The translations under genes and the position numbers were made by a program. The notes below the pieces were generated by a model that was given only the letters and a program-made list of their open reading frames with translations, searched no databases and had not been told where the DNA came from. Positions 59,899 through 64,000 of a DNA stretch of 64,000 nt are shown here, piece by piece (positions within the stretch are counted from its first letter, which is position 1; every line of letters begins with the position of its first letter). The DNA comes from Chloroflexota bacterium (GTDB lineage Bacteria; Chloroflexota; Anaerolineae; J102), in NCBI GenBank assembly GCA_041918515.1, contig JAYRVO010000089.1, positions 67,921 through 131,920 of the forward strand. Direction: 5' to 3'.

Positions 59899-62376
59899 AT
59901 GCGTTCCCCTCGCCCACAAACCCAACAAACACCGCTTTCTCTCGCGACCGCGACCCTCCTCGCCGCCCTGGTTGCCCTCCCCGCCTACTTCAACATCCAG
60001 AGCAACACCAGCTTCGAGCCAGACAAAGCCGCCCTCGTCCGCACCCTGGCTGCCGTCATCGTCCTGATGCTCGGCGCCGAGGCTGCCCGGCGTTGGCGCG
60101 CCGGCGACCGCCCCCAATGGCGAAACCTCGATCTCGCCTGGAAACTATTGGCGGGCTTTCTCCTTCTCACCCTCCTCGGCGTCCTCCTCAGCGCCGATCC
60201 CATCACCAGCCTGTGGGGCAACTACGAACGCGGCTACGGCTGGCTCGCCCTCGCCGCTGGCGCCGGCATGATGTGGGCCGCCTCCTCAGCCGCGCGCGCC
60301 GGCTGGACCTGGCGCCTGCTCGACGCCGCCCTCCTCGGCGCCACCCTCCCCCTCTTCTACGGCCTCCTCCAAATCCTCGGCTACGACCCCGTGCGCGGCA
60401 ATACCCTCAGCTTCACCCTCGGCCAGCGCGCTTCCTCCAGCCTCGGCAACCCCCTCTTCCTCGGCGACTTCCTCCTCCTCGTCCTCCCCCTCAGCTTGGC
60501 CCGTCTCCTGATCGGCCCTCCCCTCAAACCCTCGGCCCGCCTCGGTCTCGCCCTCTACTCCCTCCTCCTCACCCTCGGCCTCCTCGTCACCAGCAGCCGC
60601 AGCGCCTGGTTCGGCGCCCTTGCCGCTGCCGTCATCTTCCTCCTCGCTTGGGGCCATCAGCACGGTCGCAAAATCATACAGGCAGGGGGTGTCGCCACCC
60701 TCCTCGCCGGTGCAGCCCTCCTCCTCGTCGCCTGGGCGGTCCCCAAACTTCTGCCTCCCCGCCTGGCCGATCTCTTTGCCAGCGGCGGCACCGGCGGCCA
60801 ACGCCTCCTCTTCTGGCAGGGCGTCATCGAACTCCTCCAGACCCATCCTCGCCTCCTCCTCACTGGCGTCGGCCTCGACACCCTCCCCCTCCGCCTCGCC
60901 CCCCACATCCCCGCCCAACTCGCCCACTTCGAGCCAGACTGGGCCTTCCGTATCCCCGACCGCGCCCACACCCTCCCCCTCGACCTCCTCGCCCAAACGG
61001 GCCTACTCGGCTTCCTCCTCTTCACCCTCTTCTGGGCCACCCTCATCGCCCGCCTCCTCCCGCCCCCGCGCCCTGGCCTCCCTCGCTGGCTTCCCTTACT
61101 CCTCCAGATCGCAGGCGCCTGCCTTCTCGCCCTCATCGCCTGGCTCCTGGCCGGAACCACCGCCGCCCCCCTCGGCTTTGCCGCTGGACTCCTCGGCGGC
61201 GCCCTCCTCAGCCTCTTGATCGCGCCACCCCCGCGTCCCGGCGCCCCCCTCCTCCCTCCCCTCGCCCCCTTCCTCCTCGCCGCCCTCGCCGGACGCTGGC
61301 TCCTCCTCGCCTTCAGCTTCCCCACCCACGCCCCTGACCTCCTCTTCTGGCTCATCGCCGGCCTCACCCTTGCCATCGACGCTCCTCCCAACGCACCCCC
61401 CCCCCTCGCCCCCTCCTCCGACCTCCCCTTCCGCCTCGCCGGCCTCGCCGGCGCCGCCTTCGCCTTCAGCCTCAGCGCCGCCTTCCCCCCCGCCCTCCCC
61501 CTCTGGCTCGCCGGACTCCTCCTCCTCTACCTCCTGGCGACCCTCCTAACCCCTTCCTCCCTCCCCCTCTCCACCCAACTCACTGCCCTCCTCCTCCCCA
61601 CCCTTCTCCTCCTCCCTGCCCTTCTCCTCAACCGCTTCAGCGGCCTGCCCGCCTGGCTCGCCTACTCCTGGCTCCTCGTCTGGCTCCTCCTCCAACCTTT
61701 GTTGCTCCTTTCCGCCACCCATCGTCGCCCGGCCCTCCTCCTTGTCGCCCTCGCTGCCCCCCTCCTGCTCCTCCTCAACCTCCCCGTCTACGGCGACATC
61801 GCCTTCAAAACCGCCATCCTCCACCCCGCCGACGCTGCTATCCGTCGCATCGCCCTCCAGCGCGCCTTCCTCCTCAGCCCCTACGACCACAACATCGCCT
61901 CCGGCATCATCCCCACCGAAAACCAGGCCCTCGCACCCTCCGCCCGCCTCGATGACCCCCAGGCCCGCCTCATCAGCGACCTCTACAAGCGCGCCATCCG
62001 CGCCCAGCCCCTCGCTCCCGAACCCATCGCCTCCTATGGCGAATGGTTGCGCACCCGCGCTGCCACTGATCCCGCCGCCATCCCCCTCGCCTTCACCCAC
62101 TTCCAGCAAACCCTGACCCTCTCACCCCACGACATCCAGACCCGCAACCGCCTGGCCCTCCTGCGCGCAACCACTGGCGATCGCGCTGGCGCCCTTGCCG
62201 ATCTCCAAACCCTCCTCACCCTCGACCCCCTCTACGGCCCCACCTACCTCAACCTGGCTGACCTGCAAAAACAGATGGGCGACATAGACGCCGCCCACGC
62301 CACCCTCCAACAAGGCATCCACCGCGTCCCCTGGTGGGACGCCCTCCCGCGCGCCCTCGACGCCCTGCCCCCTTGA
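59899..62376 (+). CDS. O-antigen ligase-like (Wzy_C) polytopic membrane protein fused to C-terminal TPR repeats
   Basis: >=12 TM helices with the O-antigen-ligase signature loop (LVTSSRSAWFGALAAAVIF). The C-terminal ~170 aa are TPR-like (FQQTLTLSPHDIQTRNRLALLRATTGD...LQTLLTLDPLYGPTYLNLADLQKQMGD). Confidence 0.65.
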   Translation: MRSPRPQTQQTPLSLATATLLAALVALPAYFNIQSNTSFEPDKAALVRTLAAVIVLMLGAEAARRWRAGDRPQWRNLDLAWKLLAGFLLLTLLGVLLSADPITSLWGNYERGYGWLALAAGAGMMWAASSAARAGWTWRLLDAALLGATLPLFYGLLQILGYDPVRGNTLSFTLGQRASSSLGNPLFLGDFLLLVLPLSLARLLIGPPLKPSARLGLALYSLLLTLGLLVTSSRSAWFGALAAAVIFLLAWGHQHGRKIIQAGGVATLLAGAALLLVAWAVPKLLPPRLADLFASGGTGGQRLLFWQGVIELLQTHPRLLLTGVGLDTLPLRLAPHIPAQLAHFEPDWAFRIPDRAHTLPLDLLAQTGLLGFLLFTLFWATLIARLLPPPRPGLPRWLPLLLQIAGACLLALIAWLLAGTTAAPLGFAAGLLGGALLSLLIAPPPRPGAPLLPPLAPFLLAALAGRWLLLAFSFPTHAPDLLFWLIAGLTLAIDAPPNAPPPLAPSSDLPFRLAGLAGAAFAFSLSAAFPPALPLWLAGLLLLYLLATLLTPSSLPLSTQLTALLLPTLLLLPALLLNRFSGLPAWLAYSWLLVWLLLQPLLLLSATHRRPALLLVALAAPLLLLLNLPVYGDIAFKTAILHPADAAIRRIALQRAFLLSPYDHNIASGIIPTENQALAPSARLDDPQARLISDLYKRAIRAQPLAPEPIASYGEWLRTRAATDPAAIPLAFTHFQQTLTLSPHDIQTRNRLALLRATTGDRAGALADLQTLLTLDPLYGPTYLNLADLQKQMGDIDAAHATLQQGIHRVPWWDALPRALDALPP

Positions 62377-63350
62377 GCCTCCTCACCCTTGCCGTTCCCC
62401 TCCTCGATGAGGCCCCGCGCTTTCCCGGCCTCCTCGCGGCCATCCTCGCCCAAGACTACCCCCGCCACCGCCTCCAGATATTTTTGATCGATGGCGGCTC
62501 GACCGACGGCACAAGCCAGATGGCCGCCGCCGCCGCTGCCACCCATCCCCACCTCCACCTCATCGCCAACCCGCGCCGCATCGCCGCCGCCGGCCTCAAC
62601 CTTGCCCTCGCCCAAGCCCAGGGCGAATTCCTCCTGCGCCTCGATGCCCGCACGCGGCCAGCGCCTGATTATGCCACCCAATGCATCGAACGCCTGCGCG
62701 TGGGGACATGGGCGGGCGTGGCCGGCCCACAAATCGCCGACGGAGACACACCCGCCGCCCGCGTCCACGCCCTCGCCCTCAACCATCCCTTTGGCGTTGG
62801 TGCCCCCCGCTATCGCTCCGCCACCCACCCCGTCGCCTCCGAAACCCTCTATTTGGGCGCCTATCGCACCGCCTGGCTCCGGCAAATCGACGGGTGGGAC
62901 GAAACCTTTGGGGCTAACGAAGACTTCGACCTCAACCTGCGTCTGCGCCAGGCCGGGGGCCAACTGCTCGTCGATCCTGCCATCCACAGCACCTACCTGG
63001 CGCGCGAAACCCTGGGCGGCCTGGCCCGCCAGTATTATCGCTATGGCGCCTGGCGCACCATCACCTGGCGACGCCACCCGCGCGGGCTGCGCCTCCGCCA
63101 CCTCCTCCCCGCCCTCCTCCTTCCTGCCCTGCTTGGCGCCTGCTTCCTCTTGCTTTGGGCACCCTGGCCTGCGATCCTCCTCCTGGCAGCCTACCTGCTC
63201 CTCGACCTACTTACAAGCCTCCAACTCAGCCTGACTCACCATTTCAGCGCCCTCCCTCGCCTCCTACTCACCTTTCCCACCCTCCATCTTGCCTGGAGCC
63301 TCGGCTTCTGGTCGGCCTGGCTGCGCCCGCCCCGTCTCACCAAAACCTGA
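62373..63350 (+). CDS. Family 2 glycosyltransferase
   Basis: GT2 N-terminus (LSLLTLAVPLLDEAPRF...AILAQDYP) with a DGGSTDGT motif (DxD region) and LDAR...(ED). The start is uncertain: TTG 62373 overlaps the upstream stop (TTGA) and ATG 62334 is the alternative. A C-terminal TM segment is present. Confidence 0.7.
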   Translation: MSLLTLAVPLLDEAPRFPGLLAAILAQDYPRHRLQIFLIDGGSTDGTSQMAAAAAATHPHLHLIANPRRIAAAGLNLALAQAQGEFLLRLDARTRPAPDYATQCIERLRVGTWAGVAGPQIADGDTPAARVHALALNHPFGVGAPRYRSATHPVASETLYLGAYRTAWLRQIDGWDETFGANEDFDLNLRLRQAGGQLLVDPAIHSTYLARETLGGLARQYYRYGAWRTITWRRHPRGLRLRHLLPALLLPALLGACFLLLWAPWPAILLLAAYLLLDLLTSLQLSLTHHFSALPRLLLTFPTLHLAWSLGFWSAWLRPPRLTKT

Positions 63351-63432
63351 TCGACCTCGCCATTTCGTCCGCACCCGTCCAACCTGTATAATGACGCCAC
63401 CCAACGCCCGGCGATCCGGAGTAATTCCTTTC

Positions 63433-63633
63433 ATGACCCAGCTCCCCTCTCCTTCTCTGACCGAACTCGTTGCCGAAGCCAAAACCGTCCAAAGTCAACT
63501 TGAACGACTGTGGACGGACGAAGGCGTCGACCAACTCCAAATCTTCCTCGACCCTGGCACTGCCTCCATCCTGGCCGAGATCAAAGAAATCAGCCTCACC
63601 TTCGTCCGCCGCATCGCCAGCTTCCCCACCTGA
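63433..63633 (+). CDS. Small hypothetical protein (66 aa)
   Basis: ATG 63433 is preceded by tataat (63389-94) and followed by an intrinsic terminator. There is no family match. The coding call rests on context only. Confidence 0.35.
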   Translation: MTQLPSPSLTELVAEAKTVQSQLERLWTDEGVDQLQIFLDPGTASILAEIKEISLTFVRRIASFPT

Positions 63634-63665
63634 TCTCGCCCCTCCTACTCCTCTGTCTCGAAGCG

Positions 63666-63694
63666 CCCGTCCGTCCCAACGGACGGGTCTTTTT
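63666..63694 (+). terminator. Rho-independent terminator
   Basis: cccgtccgt-ccca-acggacggg followed by tcttttt. Confidence 0.8.
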
Positions 63695-63716
63695 ACTCCT
63701 GGCAACCCATTACCCT

Positions 63717-64000
63717 ATGTTTGTCGACCAAGCAAAAATCTACGTCAAGGCCGGCGATGGCGGCAACGGCCTCGTCGCCTTCCGTCGCGAGAAATTCGTC
63801 CCGCGCGGCGGCCCCGCGGGTGGCAACGGCGGCCGGGGCGGCAATATCTACCTCGTGGCCAGCGCCCACCACAACACCCTCGGTCACTTCCGCCAGGGCA
63901 TCCACTTCAAGGCCGAACGGGGCGGGCACGGCGGCGGCTCCAACAAACAGGGCGCGCAAGGCGCTGATTACGACATCCCCGTTCCGACCGGCACTGTCGT
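63717..64000 (+). CDS. obg: GTPase Obg/CgtA (N-terminal Obg fold; 3'-truncated by window end)
   Basis: [46 protein letters not shown] is the canonical Gly-rich Obg N-domain. Confidence 0.85.
   Translation, partial: MFVDQAKIYVKAGDGGNGLVAFRREKFVPRGGPAGGNGGRGGNIYLVASAHHNTLGHFRQGIHFKAERGGHGGGSNKQGAQGADYDIPVPTGTV

Noticed and set aside
59856-61337. 493-aa +-strand ORF rich in Pro/Arg overlapping the Wzy-TPR gene in another frame
   Set aside because: Extreme Pro/Arg low complexity. The alternative frame encodes a coherent 12-TM O-antigen-ligase-like protein.
62334-62376. ATG 62334 as the GT2 start
   Set aside because: It would overlap the upstream gene by 43 bp. The in-frame TTG at 62373 overlapping the stop (TTGA) gives the typical GT2 N-terminus (LSLLTLAVPLLDE) and is favoured, but remains uncertain.

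Overview
This is a high-GC (~65%) bacterial chromosomal window with short intergenic gaps, Pro/Thr-rich interdomain linkers and many large secreted multidomain proteins. The lineage is probably Chloroflexota-like, but that is a low-confidence guess. Most of the window is coding. Recognisable content includes: a cell-envelope cluster (LysM protein, BdbC/DsbB-like oxidoreductase, lytic transglycosylase, SH3b-L,D-transpeptidase); an MFS transporter; rRNA methyltransferase RlmI; a 1,305-aa secreted protein with three tandem GEVED-like repeats; the msrPQ operon; a GT-C (PMT/ArnT-like) membrane glycosyltransferase with a partner membrane protein; an orphan 7TM-GAF-PAS histidine kinase; a GH3-family amido-synthetase-like gene next to a SAM methyltransferase; a DUF4058 protein; a sugar ABC uptake and FGGY kinase operon; a TPR protein; a DUF4331 secreted protein next to a His-rich NicO/RcnA-like permease; an RHH-PIN toxin-antitoxin pair; a DUF5666 repeat protein; a 2,893-aa secreted bifunctional pullulanase/alpha-amylase carrying about 11 CBM modules; ferredoxin; a PIG-L deacetylase; AcpS; an M16 peptidase pair; Ugd; a flippase-like protein; tRNA-Glu(CUC) with a consensus promoter; citrate synthase; an O-antigen-ligase-TPR fusion; a GT2 glycosyltransferase; and the Obg N-terminus. 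No CRISPR array, integrase or transposase gene was seen. Noncoding features of interest are: a TIR-bounded ~275-bp MITE-like repeat with two further partial copies; short ATTGGNN-type heptamer tracts at gene 3' ends; direct repeats in a 600-bp divergent promoter region; a perfect palindromic operator in front of the toxin-antitoxin pair; and a ~450-bp AT-rich segment inside the kinase gene. Candidates for uncharacterised biology, given by hypothesis: a metal-handling function for the DUF4331/His-rich NicO/RcnA-like pair; a dedicated glycoconjugate pathway built from the GT-C glycosyltransferase, its co-oriented membrane partner and the distal Wzy_C-TPR and GT2 genes; and a small-molecule signalling unit formed by the GH3 acyl-amido-synthetase-like gene, SAM methyltransferase and orphan multi-TM kinase.
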